Virus record (IMG/VR): IMGVR_UViG_3300048503_000032
Span: 1 to 64,000 of that record
Length of the DNA: 64,000 nt
DNA from: a virus
Lineage: Duplodnaviria; Caudoviricetes
Direction: 5' to 3' (one strand)
In this document: in pieces, positions 19,173 to 28,774 of the stretch
Numbering within the stretch: the stretch's first letter is position 1
Layout of the letters: every line of letters starts with the position of its first letter
Made by a program: the position numbers and the translations under genes
The notes under the pieces: generated by a model
Database searches by the model: none
What the model saw: only the letters and a program-made list of their open reading frames with translations
What the model was told of the DNA's origin: nothing

Positions 19173-19413
19173 TGCACGCCGAAGCAGTGAAGGAACTGGT
19201 AGCAGCGGCAGAACTGGCCTGCGCTGGAGATGCCTAAGACTCTCATTTCGAGACATGCGCCTCATCAGAGCCGCCGCAGCGGTCAAGGCGACGGAGGAGA
19301 AGCCGCAGACGCATAGTTTTGCGCCATCCGATTGGGGAGCGACCGGAGAACATTGCCGTGTTTGTTCTGAGCCGTTTAACGCACCGATCCACCAGACAGG
19401 AGGCAAGCTGTGA
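19172..19413 (+). pseudogene. Small gene broken by two apparent +1 insertions, ending in an H-x-F..CxxC..H module
   Basis: MHAEAVKELVAAAELA / ALEMPKTLI / RDMRLIRAAAAVKATEEKPQTHSFAPSDW lie in three successive frames. Confidence 0.55.
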
Positions 19414-19532
19414 TCCACATAATTCTGATTGCCTGGTCTGTGCTGTCCATTCCCGCCGCGTTCATCTGCTGGTGCGTGTGCCGCGTCTCTGGAATGTGCA
19501 GCCGCGACGAAGAGAAACGAGGCGAGAGATGA
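19410..19532 (+). CDS. small membrane protein
   Basis: MIHIILIAWSVLSIPAAFICWCVC; GGAGG SD. Confidence 0.55.
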   Translation: MIHIILIAWSVLSIPAAFICWCVCRVSGMCSRDEEKRGER

Positions 19533-19768
19533 CATATAATCAGTGGAGTAGGAAATTTCACGACGGCAAGTTTACGGACTGGCCTACACACAAGGCTGAG
19601 GTGATGGTCGGGATGTCTCTGGCAGAGCGGATTGCCTGGAGCATCCTCGAGGATGTCACCGATCGCCGCGGTTGGCGGCAGGAGTGGGATCAGTTCGACA
19701 CCAAGATCAAGAATGAGATCTTCGCGGAGCATGTGAAGATCGTTCAGGATCTGTTGCCGGTGGTTTGA
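19529..19768 (+). CDS. hypothetical protein
   Basis: ATGA overlap; DVTDRRGWRQEWDQFD. Confidence 0.65.
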   Translation: MTYNQWSRKFHDGKFTDWPTHKAEVMVGMSLAERIAWSILEDVTDRRGWRQEWDQFDTKIKNEIFAEHVKIVQDLLPVV

Positions 19769-19896
19769 TAGACGCGCACAATTCGACCTAGCCCCAGGCG
19801 TTTAGCCTGGGGCCGTCGTATTTAAGGAGTTGACATTTCTTTGGATGTGGTACTCTAGGTTGCGTTAGTACCTAGAACTGCGGAGGAATGACAGAG

Positions 19897-20049
19897 ATGC
19901 CAACCCAGAACTTCACATCGAAAATCGGTAAGTCTTCAAGTCCCACGGCGGAGCGGGTCATCAAGAACAACACCAACATCCAGCAGCCGACCAACAACGT
20001 GAAGGCGGCGCTTGCCGGCAAGTTCACCAAGAGCACGGTCAAGATCTAA
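19897..20049 (+). CDS. small basic protein
   Basis: MPTQNFTSKIG...; GGAGG SD; TTGACA/TACTCT upstream. Confidence 0.55.
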   Translation: MPTQNFTSKIGKSSSPTAERVIKNNTNIQQPTNNVKAALAGKFTKSTVKI

Positions 20050-20052
20050 TCC

Positions 20053-20316
20053 ATGACCTGCACATCGTGTACGGCTGCACAAGACTTAGCGAGTGTTCCG
20101 GGACGACGCGGGATGTTCTGCCCTGACTGCCGCAGGAGTATAGCGGCTGAGCATGGTAGGACAGGGATGAGCCGCCGGTCATCGGAACAGAGAACGCTCT
20201 TTGGAGAGCAGGGTGGTAACTCTTTGCTCCGTCAGCAGGGCGTTCAGTATTATGCGGCGTTGGGCAGGCGTTCGGCACAGTTGCGACTAGAGAGGCGACA
20301 GGCTCTATTGGCATGA
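20053..20316 (+). CDS. hypothetical protein (CxxC pairs, KGG-repeat-like C-terminus)
   Basis: CTSC, CPDC, QGGNSLLRQQGVQYYAALGRRS. Confidence 0.5.
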   Translation: MTCTSCTAAQDLASVPGRRGMFCPDCRRSIAAEHGRTGMSRRSSEQRTLFGEQGGNSLLRQQGVQYYAALGRRSAQLRLERRQALLA

Positions 20317-21134
20317 CGGCGAAATCGAAAAGCAAGACTAAAGCTGTACCGAAGATGAAGGACAGAACGATTGACGATATGCAGCGATACTATCGGTCGC
20401 TGGATCTCGCGGCGCTCTGGCAGGATTTCTACGCCAAGATCAATAAGGGCGGCAGACCGTTATACACATCAGCTCGGATGCTGGCGCGCGCTGTGGGGGA
20501 GAACGATAAACAGCGCGAGTTCCTTGGGTATTTGCTGGGGCCGAAGCCTGGGGATGTGGATCTGGCGAAGCAGTTTCCATTCGTGGAACCTTTGGACTTC
20601 GATCAGAAGAGAGATAAGGGAGGATGGTTCACCGAGGACAGCCTGAAGGCACATGCAAAGGTCATACGCGATCAGATCAATGCGTTGGACGCACTCCGTT
20701 CGGCCGGCAATGGAATCACGCTGCATTCGTTTGTGAGGATGGAGAGACTGGCGCAACAGTTGGATGAGGATTTCTCAGGTAAGTTCTTTGTGGATGGCGC
20801 TACACTGAAGGAGAATGAACAGCGAGCACAGCTTTACATCGCGTTGCATGAGCGTCTGCTGCATATGATCGGGTACGCACAGGACATCTACGCCAAGTCT
20901 CACGGTATTAACTTCGCCGACATGAGCGGGTTCGAGAAGTTGCTCGCTGCACAGGCTTTGATGATCGGCGCGGGTCAGGCTGCAAAGGAATCGCGGACAG
21001 AGAAGGTGTTGAACGATATTGTACAGATGGTGTTAGAGAAGGGCGCACGTCACGGCTTAGACTTACCGGCATCCGTGACAGGCAAGGTCATAACCATGAC
21101 GCAGGATGTGAAGAAGAAGACATCGGTGATGTAG
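20313..21134 (+). CDS. hypothetical helical protein
   Basis: 273-aa ORF, ATGA overlap. Confidence 0.75.
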   Translation: MTAKSKSKTKAVPKMKDRTIDDMQRYYRSLDLAALWQDFYAKINKGGRPLYTSARMLARAVGENDKQREFLGYLLGPKPGDVDLAKQFPFVEPLDFDQKRDKGGWFTEDSLKAHAKVIRDQINALDALRSAGNGITLHSFVRMERLAQQLDEDFSGKFFVDGATLKENEQRAQLYIALHERLLHMIGYAQDIYAKSHGINFADMSGFEKLLAAQALMIGAGQAAKESRTEKVLNDIVQMVLEKGARHGLDLPASVTGKVITMTQDVKKKTSVM

Positions 21135-21143
21135 GGGGAACAC

Positions 21144-22436
21144 ATGCGGAGATGGTGGACAGTTCTGATGTTGATGGGTGGCATGGCATATGCCCAGACC
21201 CAATCTGTTTCCGGGACAGTGGCCAATCCTGACGGATCTCCGTTTACGGGGACATTCCTGATTAGTCTGACCAAGTCTTCGGTGGTGGATACATGCACGA
21301 CGCCGCCGTCTATCGTTCCGATGCCTGGAGTGACGGTGCATGTGACGGGCGGTGTATTCCCGGCGACAGTTCTGTTGCCGACAAGCTGTCTACAGCCGCG
21401 GCTTCCGTACTACGTTCAGGTGACGGACTCTTTGCATCGTCCGGTGTATTCGGACAATTGGTATATTCCGCAGACGACTTCGGGGACAGTGAGTATAGGG
21501 ACTCTGGGCGACGTGCAGATGGCATCAGGAATCACGGTCAGTGTGCCGCTAGCGATTATCAGCAACCCGGTTGGCAATCAGACGATCACGCAGCCTGGGG
21601 GCACGAGTCTGACAGTCAATAATCTGGTTGTGACCGGCAGTTTTTCGGTGACAGGGACATTCAGTGCGGGGACGGTAAGTGCTACGACTGTATCGGCGTC
21701 GACAAGTGTGGTCACGCCTCTTGTAACGGCGACGACGGTCACAGCCTCGGGAACGGTGCAGGGATCGACCATCAATGCGACGTCGGGCATCACAGTGGGC
21801 GGTGTGGCGCTCTCAGCGGCGATGTTGAGTGATGGTGTATCGGGTACTGGGGCTATCTGTAAGGTATTCGGCAGTCTGTGCGCGTTTTCAGGCGCGCTTT
21901 ATTACCAGACAGTGGAGGCTGTAGGATCGGCGATGCCGCAGCAGTCTGCGCTGGACTTTATATCATCTTGGTTTACCGTGACAGATTCAGTTTCACCTTC
22001 GCGGACTGTGATCGGGTTGAATACGACAGGAGCAGAGTCGAAATTGGTGACAGCAGCTACGGCTGGCGCTCCCGGTACGCTGGCGGTTTGGGATTCGGCA
22101 GGAGGACTTACAAGTGGAGCATCTTCGTCGCCGACTATGAATGTGGCTACGGGGCATGTGCCAGCGATGATTTATACAGCTCCGTCTAACGCGTGGCTGA
22201 CAGTGATTGTGACAGGATCGCTATCTTCTGGGGTAGGTCATGCGGCATCTTGGAAGGCTGTTGTTAATGGATCTATTGTCGATATCAATGGAGTTACAAA
22301 CAGTAGTGGTGCGGCGTCTGTGACTTTTGAAGTTCCGCCTAGTGGGACATACATAGTTACGACGGGCGGTGTGGCCCCCGGTGATACCAATTCCTTGACG
22401 TTGACAAACTGGGTTGAGTATACGCATCTGTTATAA
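21144..22436 (+). CDS. Ser/Thr/Gly-rich fibre-like protein with Sec signal peptide
   Basis: MRRWWTVLMLMGGMAYA-Q; beta-rich repeats; N-domain paralogous to next gene. Confidence 0.75.
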   Translation: MRRWWTVLMLMGGMAYAQTQSVSGTVANPDGSPFTGTFLISLTKSSVVDTCTTPPSIVPMPGVTVHVTGGVFPATVLLPTSCLQPRLPYYVQVTDSLHRPVYSDNWYIPQTTSGTVSIGTLGDVQMASGITVSVPLAIISNPVGNQTITQPGGTSLTVNNLVVTGSFSVTGTFSAGTVSATTVSASTSVVTPLVTATTVTASGTVQGSTINATSGITVGGVALSAAMLSDGVSGTGAICKVFGSLCAFSGALYYQTVEAVGSAMPQQSALDFISSWFTVTDSVSPSRTVIGLNTTGAESKLVTAATAGAPGTLAVWDSAGGLTSGASSSPTMNVATGHVPAMIYTAPSNAWLTVIVTGSLSSGVGHAASWKAVVNGSIVDINGVTNSSGAASVTFEVPPSGTYIVTTGGVAPGDTNSLTLTNWVEYTHLL

Positions 22437-22449
22437 GGCGGAGACTGTG

Positions 22450-25400
22450 ATGAAGAGACTTTTACTGATCGTGATGATGCTGGCATGCGCTGTTGCACAT
22501 GCGCAGTCGACTTTGTCGGGCAGAGTGGCCAATCCCGACGGATCGGGATTCAATGGCAGATTGGTATTCTCTCTGGCGATGAACGCATCGGCCAGCGCCG
22601 TGAGTCCTTGCACCGGCCCGACGCTGGTGGTGCCGACAGAGCAGATAACGGTAATGGTGACGGCAGGGAATCTGGTGAGCCCGCCGACGTTGACCAGTTC
22701 GGTCTGCACGATTCCTGTAGGAGTGCCGTACAATGTGATCGCCATCGACTCGAATGGCAATGTGGTCTTCACAGATCAGTGGTTGATCTCAGGCAATCCA
22801 TTCAATGTGGGAACCGCGGTTTCTTCAGGGAATGCGCCGACTGTGTCTTACAAGGGATTGTGGGGATCGACGACGACGTATACGGTCGGAGACATTGTGG
22901 GATATGGTGTTACGCCGAATATGTATGTTTCAGTTGCTTCCAATAACGTAGGTAACGTGCCTGGAGTAAGTACGAACTGGCAGGAGCTGACGGGCGGCGG
23001 CGGAGGGTCGAGTGGGTTCCCAATCATGTTGGGATCGACAGTTATAGGATCTGGCAGTACAACGGCAGCGGTGACAGGGTTGTCAGTGAATGGCGTTATG
23101 TTGAGTGCGACTGGGGTAGGTACGTCATATCTGGATCAGACAGGAAATTATTCTACTCCGGCTGGAACCAGTTTAGTTAGTTTTGCGGCACCGTCAGGTT
23201 CCTGGCCGGCGTGGTTGGTTCCTACTGTGACAAATTCGACGACTACGCCCAGTTTGACAGTCGCAGCATCAGCTATCCCGAATGCTGCTCTGGCGTACTC
23301 GGCTTTGACTGTAAGCACGGCAGGAGCTGCGAGTGGCGGCGGATCTATTTCGTTAGGAGGATCGCTGACGATTACGGTTGGTGCTGGCGGCATCGCATCT
23401 GTGATTCAGGATCAGACAGGGTGTTCGACAGTTGGGTATGTGTGGACTCCGGCGACTAATACTTGTACGGTACCGGGCGCAGCTCCGATTACGTCAATTA
23501 CTGCCACGGCCCCGGTGGTGGCTACGCCGAGCGGATCGACAGTGAACGTGTCGATGCCGGTGGCGACTACTTCAGTGGATGGCTACCTTTCGTCTACGGA
23601 CTGGACTACATTCAATGGCAAGCAAGCGGCGCTCACCAACCCAGTCACCGGCCCCGGCAGCGGAGCAACGGTCGGGCATTTGGCTGTGATGGGGAACACG
23701 AGTGGAACGTCGATTACTGACGGCGGTGCAGTGCCAGTGACAATTGCTGCTGTTTCGCATCAGTATCTCACTGGATATTCAGCGATAACTGGGGCTTTTA
23801 CAAAGGCCCAACCGACGCTCGCTGATATTGCGGCGGGTTCAGCAGTTGCGGGTACCTTCAATTTCAATGTTTCGACTTTATATCTTCCCTCCTCAGCAGG
23901 AAATTACACCATCGCGAACGGTGGAATCGCTTATGACACCACAAACAACAACTGGCATATTTATGCCAACAGCAACGACAATTTACTTGCCACATTCAAT
24001 GCAGCAACGCCACCTACGTCCGGGCATCTTGCGGAGTTCCAAAAAGCCGGAAATGCTTGGAACCTGATTGATGGGGGCGCATATCCCACTATTCCCTACC
24101 CAGGAGCAAACACGCTTGGTGTGGCAAACCTCGGAAACACCGGATGGAGGACTCCGTTATACAGCGATATAACGGCGTTGTTTGGTTCTGGCTCATGCTC
24201 TGGACTATTGAAATCTGACGGAACATGTCCGCTTGCATCCACGCTCAACGTGAACTCTGCACTCGATGTGCAATGCTCTTTATCCGATGGATGCCAGAAT
24301 GATAATGTCTGGAACTCGCCGTGGACTGCAGGAGGTTTTTCTCTTGCAACCGGATACCCGTTAGGTGCAAGCGATACAACAATGACGGTTGTTACCAATT
24401 CGTCTGCACCCACATCTGGCCATGTAGTGACAACACATGCAGAAGAGATTGGATTCACTTTCAACCACACCAGCGGGGGAAACAGCATCTACGATATCAC
24501 ACGTAGCCATCACGGCACCCCAGCCAGCGCGGTGAGTGTTGGTCAGGGCAACATGGCCGGGATCGTCAGCGAAGTTTCTGCGTGTACAACGTGCGGAGTG
24601 TATCAGCAGTGGGGAGGAAACGGATCGTCCATCGGTGTGTATAACCCTGGTCTGACTGCGTCTTTTTATGCCTCGTCAGTTTCAATCAATGCAGGTGCCC
24701 CGATTACCAGCAGCGGGCCAGGCGGTGCATTGGGCACGGCTATAAATCATGCGGCCACAGACTTTGAACCCGCGCTCGGAAATCCCGGCGCAAACGGTTA
24801 TGTGCTTTCCTCCACTACAGGAGGGACGCGTAGTTGGATTGCTCCGACAAGCGGCGGTGGGACGGTTACGACCAGCGGCTCGCCCGTTAGTCCAAACATT
24901 GCGGCATTCTCCAGTTCGACGGCGATCACTGCTGCGACCTCAGCCAATATCCAGACCGCAATCGGAGCGGGAGTATATGATGCTTCTGGCGCGGCAGCAG
25001 CACGGCAAGCGAACCTAAGCCTACTCTCCGGAACCTATACCAATGGCGATATGTGTACCTACGCCTCTACAGGGACGCTGCTGAATTGCAATACAGCGAT
25101 TCCATCTGTAGGCAGTTGGGGTGCCTTGAATTATCCAACGTGGGCAAGCGGCACACCGTTTGTGAAAATGACAGCGGCGGGCACGTTTGCGCTGGATACA
25201 AATACCTATCTAACGTCCAGTGGCATATCCGGCATGACGGCTGGGCAGGTTCCCATCGCGGCGACGGCCACTACGATCACTTCCTCGAAAGCTCTAGCTG
25301 GCAGCGGCGCGGGCATTACGACTGGCCCGACCAGTTCAACCAGCGGCGACCTGATGAGCCTTACCGGCACAGGTGGACAGGCGGCAGACAGCGGCATCGC

Positions 25401-26724
25401 GGCCAGCAATGTGATGATAATTCCAATTGCGGGTGCAACGCTAGGCACTTACTCGGTTGGGAGTGGCCCGCAGTTTGCCGCAGTCGATGCGTCCGGCAAT
25501 GTTTGGGTTGCAAACTATGGCTCCGCCAACGTGACTAAGTTATCGAGTGCGGGTGCAACGCTGGGCACTTACTCGGTTGGGAGTTCCCCGATTGGTGTCG
25601 CAGTCGATGCGTCCGGCAATGTTTGGGTTGCAAACAATGCCTCCGCCAACGTGACTAAGTTATCGAGTGCGGGTGCAACGCTGGGCACTTACTCGGTTGA
25701 GAGTAACCCGTATAGTGTCGCAGTCGATGCGTCCGGCAATGTTTGGGTTGCAGACGCTGGCTCCAACAACGTGACTAAGTTATCGAGTGCGGGTGCAACG
25801 CTGGGCACTTACTCGGTTGGGAGTTCCCCGTTTGGTGTCGCAGTCGATGCGTCCGGCAATGTTTGGGTTGCAAACAATGCCTCCGCCAACGTGACTAAGT
25901 TATCGAGTGCGGGTGCAACGCTGGGCACTTACTCGGTTGGGAGTTACCCGCTTGGTGTCGCAGTCGATGCGTCCGGCAATGTTTGGGTTGCAGACGCTGG
26001 CTCCAACAACGTGACTAAGTTATCGAGTGCGGGTGCAACGCTGGGCACTTACTCGGTTGGGAGTAACCCGTTTGGTGTCGCAGTCGATGCGTCCGGCAAT
26101 GTTTGGGTTGCAAACTATGCCTCCGCCAACGTGACTAAGTTATCGAGTGCGGGTGCAACGCTGGGCACTTACTCGGTTGGGAGTTCCCCGATTGGTGTCG
26201 CAGTCGATGCGTCCGGCAATGTTTGGGTTGCAAACAATGGCTCCGCCAACGTGACTATGTTATCGAGTGGTTATGCGATAGGGAATCGAACGCCGCTCGT
26301 GGTGAATATCTCACCGCAGACCTGCCTTGCGGATGGGACGGGGGGAGGAGTTTGCGGTGCTGGGCTTGCGCATAGCGACTATGCCCACGTTGAAGGGACT
26401 CTGTTCGCTACAAATACAATGCTTGGCCCTGTATTTGCGGAACCGTTGCAGGTTCACTTCAAAACGATTATTGTGCGACTGAGCGGCACGATCTCCTGTA
26501 CTGGGGCTCCGGTTGTCTCAATGATGGACTTGGGAACATCCCCATCAACAGCTTTTGGTAGTGCAATCGGGAGTGTTGCGGCGGTCACAACAGGAACATC
26601 CGATGGGGTATATCAGTACAGCGTCAGCGTCAACATGACGCCCGGAGACTACTACGGGTTTGCCTTTACTGGAGGTACTTGCGTGACTGCTCCGACATTC
26701 GACATTACCGCGCAGGTGCAATAA
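22450..26724 (+). CDS. Large fibre/adhesin-like protein: signal peptide, CBM5/12-like motif, seven NHL-type repeats
   Basis: MKRLLLIVMMLACAVAHA-Q; YKGLWGSTTTYTVGDIVGY; GYLSSTDWTTFNGKQ; 7x P.GVAVDASGNVWVA. Confidence 0.8.
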   Translation: MKRLLLIVMMLACAVAHAQSTLSGRVANPDGSGFNGRLVFSLAMNASASAVSPCTGPTLVVPTEQITVMVTAGNLVSPPTLTSSVCTIPVGVPYNVIAIDSNGNVVFTDQWLISGNPFNVGTAVSSGNAPTVSYKGLWGSTTTYTVGDIVGYGVTPNMYVSVASNNVGNVPGVSTNWQELTGGGGGSSGFPIMLGSTVIGSGSTTAAVTGLSVNGVMLSATGVGTSYLDQTGNYSTPAGTSLVSFAAPSGSWPAWLVPTVTNSTTTPSLTVAASAIPNAALAYSALTVSTAGAASGGGSISLGGSLTITVGAGGIASVIQDQTGCSTVGYVWTPATNTCTVPGAAPITSITATAPVVATPSGSTVNVSMPVATTSVDGYLSSTDWTTFNGKQAALTNPVTGPGSGATVGHLAVMGNTSGTSITDGGAVPVTIAAVSHQYLTGYSAITGAFTKAQPTLADIAAGSAVAGTFNFNVSTLYLPSSAGNYTIANGGIAYDTTNNNWHIYANSNDNLLATFNAATPPTSGHLAEFQKAGNAWNLIDGGAYPTIPYPGANTLGVANLGNTGWRTPLYSDITALFGSGSCSGLLKSDGTCPLASTLNVNSALDVQCSLSDGCQNDNVWNSPWTAGGFSLATGYPLGASDTTMTVVTNSSAPTSGHVVTTHAEEIGFTFNHTSGGNSIYDITRSHHGTPASAVSVGQGNMAGIVSEVSACTTCGVYQQWGGNGSSIGVYNPGLTASFYASSVSINAGAPITSSGPGGALGTAINHAATDFEPALGNPGANGYVLSSTTGGTRSWIAPTSGGGTVTTSGSPVSPNIAAFSSSTAITAATSANIQTAIGAGVYDASGAAAARQANLSLLSGTYTNGDMCTYASTGTLLNCNTAIPSVGSWGALNYPTWASGTPFVKMTAAGTFALDTNTYLTSSGISGMTAGQVPIAATATTITSSKALAGSGAGITTGPTSSTSGDLMSLTGTGGQAADSGIAASNVMIIPIAGATLGTYSVGSGPQFAAVDASGNVWVANYGSANVTKLSSAGATLGTYSVGSSPIGVAVDASGNVWVANNASANVTKLSSAGATLGTYSVESNPYSVAVDASGNVWVADAGSNNVTKLSSAGATLGTYSVGSSPFGVAVDASGNVWVANNASANVTKLSSAGATLGTYSVGSYPLGVAVDASGNVWVADAGSNNVTKLSSAGATLGTYSVGSNPFGVAVDASGNVWVANYASANVTKLSSAGATLGTYSVGSSPIGVAVDASGNVWVANNGSANVTMLSSGYAIGNRTPLVVNISPQTCLADGTGGGVCGAGLAHSDYAHVEGTLFATNTMLGPVFAEPLQVHFKTIIVRLSGTISCTGAPVVSMMDLGTSPSTAFGSAIGSVAAVTTGTSDGVYQYSVSVNMTPGDYYGFAFTGGTCVTAPTFDITAQVQ
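25429..26268 (+). repeat. Seven 120-bp tandem repeats (40-aa NHL beta-propeller blades)
   Basis: Near-identical units at exactly 120-bp period. Confidence 0.97.
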
Positions 26725-26906
26725 TGCACCTTCTTCTCTTTCTCGTGATGCTCGCACCGCACACGCCGACCGTGCGCCAGCAGCAGTACCATGAGAGAGC
26801 AAGCAAGGCGCGGGTGCATGCTTATCGGATGTTTGTTGACGAGTGCCAGCATCCCAAGTTGAGGCATTTCTACAGAAAGCCGACGTTTTGCAAGGTTGTG
26901 AAGTAG
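26724..26906 (+). CDS. hypothetical protein
   Basis: TAATG overlap. Confidence 0.45.
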   Translation: MHLLLFLVMLAPHTPTVRQQQYHERASKARVHAYRMFVDECQHPKLRHFYRKPTFCKVVK

Positions 26907-26983
26907 GTGTAACTAGCATCACCCCTCTGCGCGGGTAAAGCGCAAGCCGAGAGGCGAGGGACGCAGCACCGGAGGAGTATGAA

Positions 26984-27445
26984 GTGGCAGACAGAGTACA
27001 CGGATACAGGGACTGCCCACGCGCCGGGGATTTTACTCGGTTTGAGAAAGCCGTCGCCGACCTTGAGGTCAAAGTGTTCCGTGGCAACGGTCACGATTCA
27101 TTGGAGGTGCGTATGGTAGCTGTCGAATCGAGCTTAGAGAGCATTGCCGGAAGCATGAAGTCGCTGGTTGACTCTGAGAAGACTGCCATCAGCTTTATTA
27201 CGCGGTTTGAGGAACGCGAGAAAGTGCAAGACGAGGGCAGAGCAGAACAAGTGGTGGGGGTGAAAAACGACCTTGAGCAGTCAAACATAAACAAGACTCT
27301 AAGGCAGAATGTACGGCTTGCAGTGGCTTCGATCTTTGCGCTGTTGCTTGTGGGAGCAGTCGGTTGGGGGATAACGATTCACGACGACCGCATACAGGCG
27401 CAGTGGCAGCAGGAAATACACGCTGAGATGCAGGTGAAGAAGTGA
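26984..27445 (+). CDS. Membrane protein, holin-like (coiled coil plus one C-terminal TM)
   Basis: GGAGGAG SD; LAVASIFALLLVGAVGWGITI; near lysozyme. Confidence 0.5.
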   Translation: MADRVHGYRDCPRAGDFTRFEKAVADLEVKVFRGNGHDSLEVRMVAVESSLESIAGSMKSLVDSEKTAISFITRFEEREKVQDEGRAEQVVGVKNDLEQSNINKTLRQNVRLAVASIFALLLVGAVGWGITIHDDRIQAQWQQEIHAEMQVKK

Positions 27446-27453
27446 GGTTGTAG

Positions 27454-28134
27454 ATGTGCTGTGGACTGCATGCCGATTCAGACGACGCTAAGCGCAAGAG
27501 GCGCGAACGAAGAGCGGCGATGTTGTCATTGTTATTGTTTTCACCTTGGAAGAAGTTGAGGCCGAATATTGCGATGGCTTCGCATGCATTAGGTAATTAT
27601 TTCGACGCAGTAGATTTGGCAATGGAGACAGGAACGATTTCGACAGCTTTGAAGTCAGGCGTACCGATCGTAGGATCAATGACCCGCTTGATTCGGGCAT
27701 CGATGATCGGTGGTTATCAGGATGCGGGGCATTTGATCGGTCGTACTCCTGGGAATCGAATGATTGCTCGAGCAGAGTCTCTGGCGAAGCAAAGAGCGGA
27801 GTTGGTTAGTGGTCAGATGTTGAAGACGTCTAAGAGATGGTTGAAGGCGAACCCATCCAGCGACTTTGCTCTTAGTTCAGCGAGAGCGGATCGTGCAGCA
27901 AGGTTTGAGGCGGCGAAGGCGTACTACGGCGGTATGCATCAGGTGTTGAACGGGCAGGACATGATGAAGAGCTGGATTTGTTTAGGCGATTCGCCGTGCG
28001 AGGAAATTTGTACACTCAATGAAGACGACGGCCCTATCCCGATGGAGGAAGTATTCTCATCGGGCGACAGCGCACCGCTTGGGCATCTCGAATGTATGTG
28101 CATTCTTTCAGTCTCACGAGTGGAGGATCAATGA
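27454..28134 (+). CDS. MuF/SPP1 gp7-like head morphogenesis protein
   Basis: KSWICLGDSPCEEICTLNEDDGPIP..F.SGDSAPLGHLECMC. Confidence 0.8.
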   Translation: MCCGLHADSDDAKRKRRERRAAMLSLLLFSPWKKLRPNIAMASHALGNYFDAVDLAMETGTISTALKSGVPIVGSMTRLIRASMIGGYQDAGHLIGRTPGNRMIARAESLAKQRAELVSGQMLKTSKRWLKANPSSDFALSSARADRAARFEAAKAYYGGMHQVLNGQDMMKSWICLGDSPCEEICTLNEDDGPIPMEEVFSSGDSAPLGHLECMCILSVSRVEDQ

Positions 28135-28703
28135 GTTACTTGGATGACGCGGTCGGACAGTTGAAGGTATTCGAGGGATCGATTCCCTGGCTCTATCGGG
28201 ACACGCGCGGCAACGTGACGGTAGGCGTAGGCACGATGATCCCCAGCCTGGCTGCATGCGTGACATTGAACCAGTCGCATCCGTTGCATTGTGAGAATGC
28301 TCCTGCGACGATGGCCCAGATCATGGCGGACTGGAATCGTTTGCAGCACTTACCGTTTGGTCAGGAATACGCGGCCGGCGGATACAAGGCTTTGATGTCG
28401 GTCTATCTGCTCGAGGCAGACATCACGGCTCTGTTGATGGAGATCGTGACGCAGTGCGACACCAATCTGCGCAGGGATTATCCAGACTACGATTCATTGC
28501 CGGACGGAGTGAAGCTGGCATTGATCGACATGGACTACAATCTCGGCGACGCGAAGCTGAGAGGATCCTATCCGCGGTTTGATGCTGCGGTGGACGTGAA
28601 GGATTACACGACGATGGCGGCTCAGTGTCATCGCGCTGGGATTCCGGATGCTCGGAACGAATGGACGAAAAACTTGTTACTAGCCGCGGCCAGTGGTACA
28701 TAA
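28131..28703 (+). CDS. GH24-like lysozyme (endolysin)
   Basis: FEG...YRDTRGNVTVGVG (E-D-T pattern), ALIDMDYNLG, RN. Confidence 0.85.
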   Translation: MSYLDDAVGQLKVFEGSIPWLYRDTRGNVTVGVGTMIPSLAACVTLNQSHPLHCENAPATMAQIMADWNRLQHLPFGQEYAAGGYKALMSVYLLEADITALLMEIVTQCDTNLRRDYPDYDSLPDGVKLALIDMDYNLGDAKLRGSYPRFDAAVDVKDYTTMAAQCHRAGIPDARNEWTKNLLLAAASGT

Positions 28704-28774
28704 TGGCGACGGGTAGGTATTCATTGAGGCGCGGCTCCGGTTTAGCCGGATGAGATAGGCGGAGGAGGAACATC

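Noticed and set aside
20313-21134. Terminase small subunit
   Set aside because: Plausible size but no recognisable motif and far from terL
25429-26268. CRISPR array
   Set aside because: In-frame 120-bp coding repeats with no unique spacers and no cas genes
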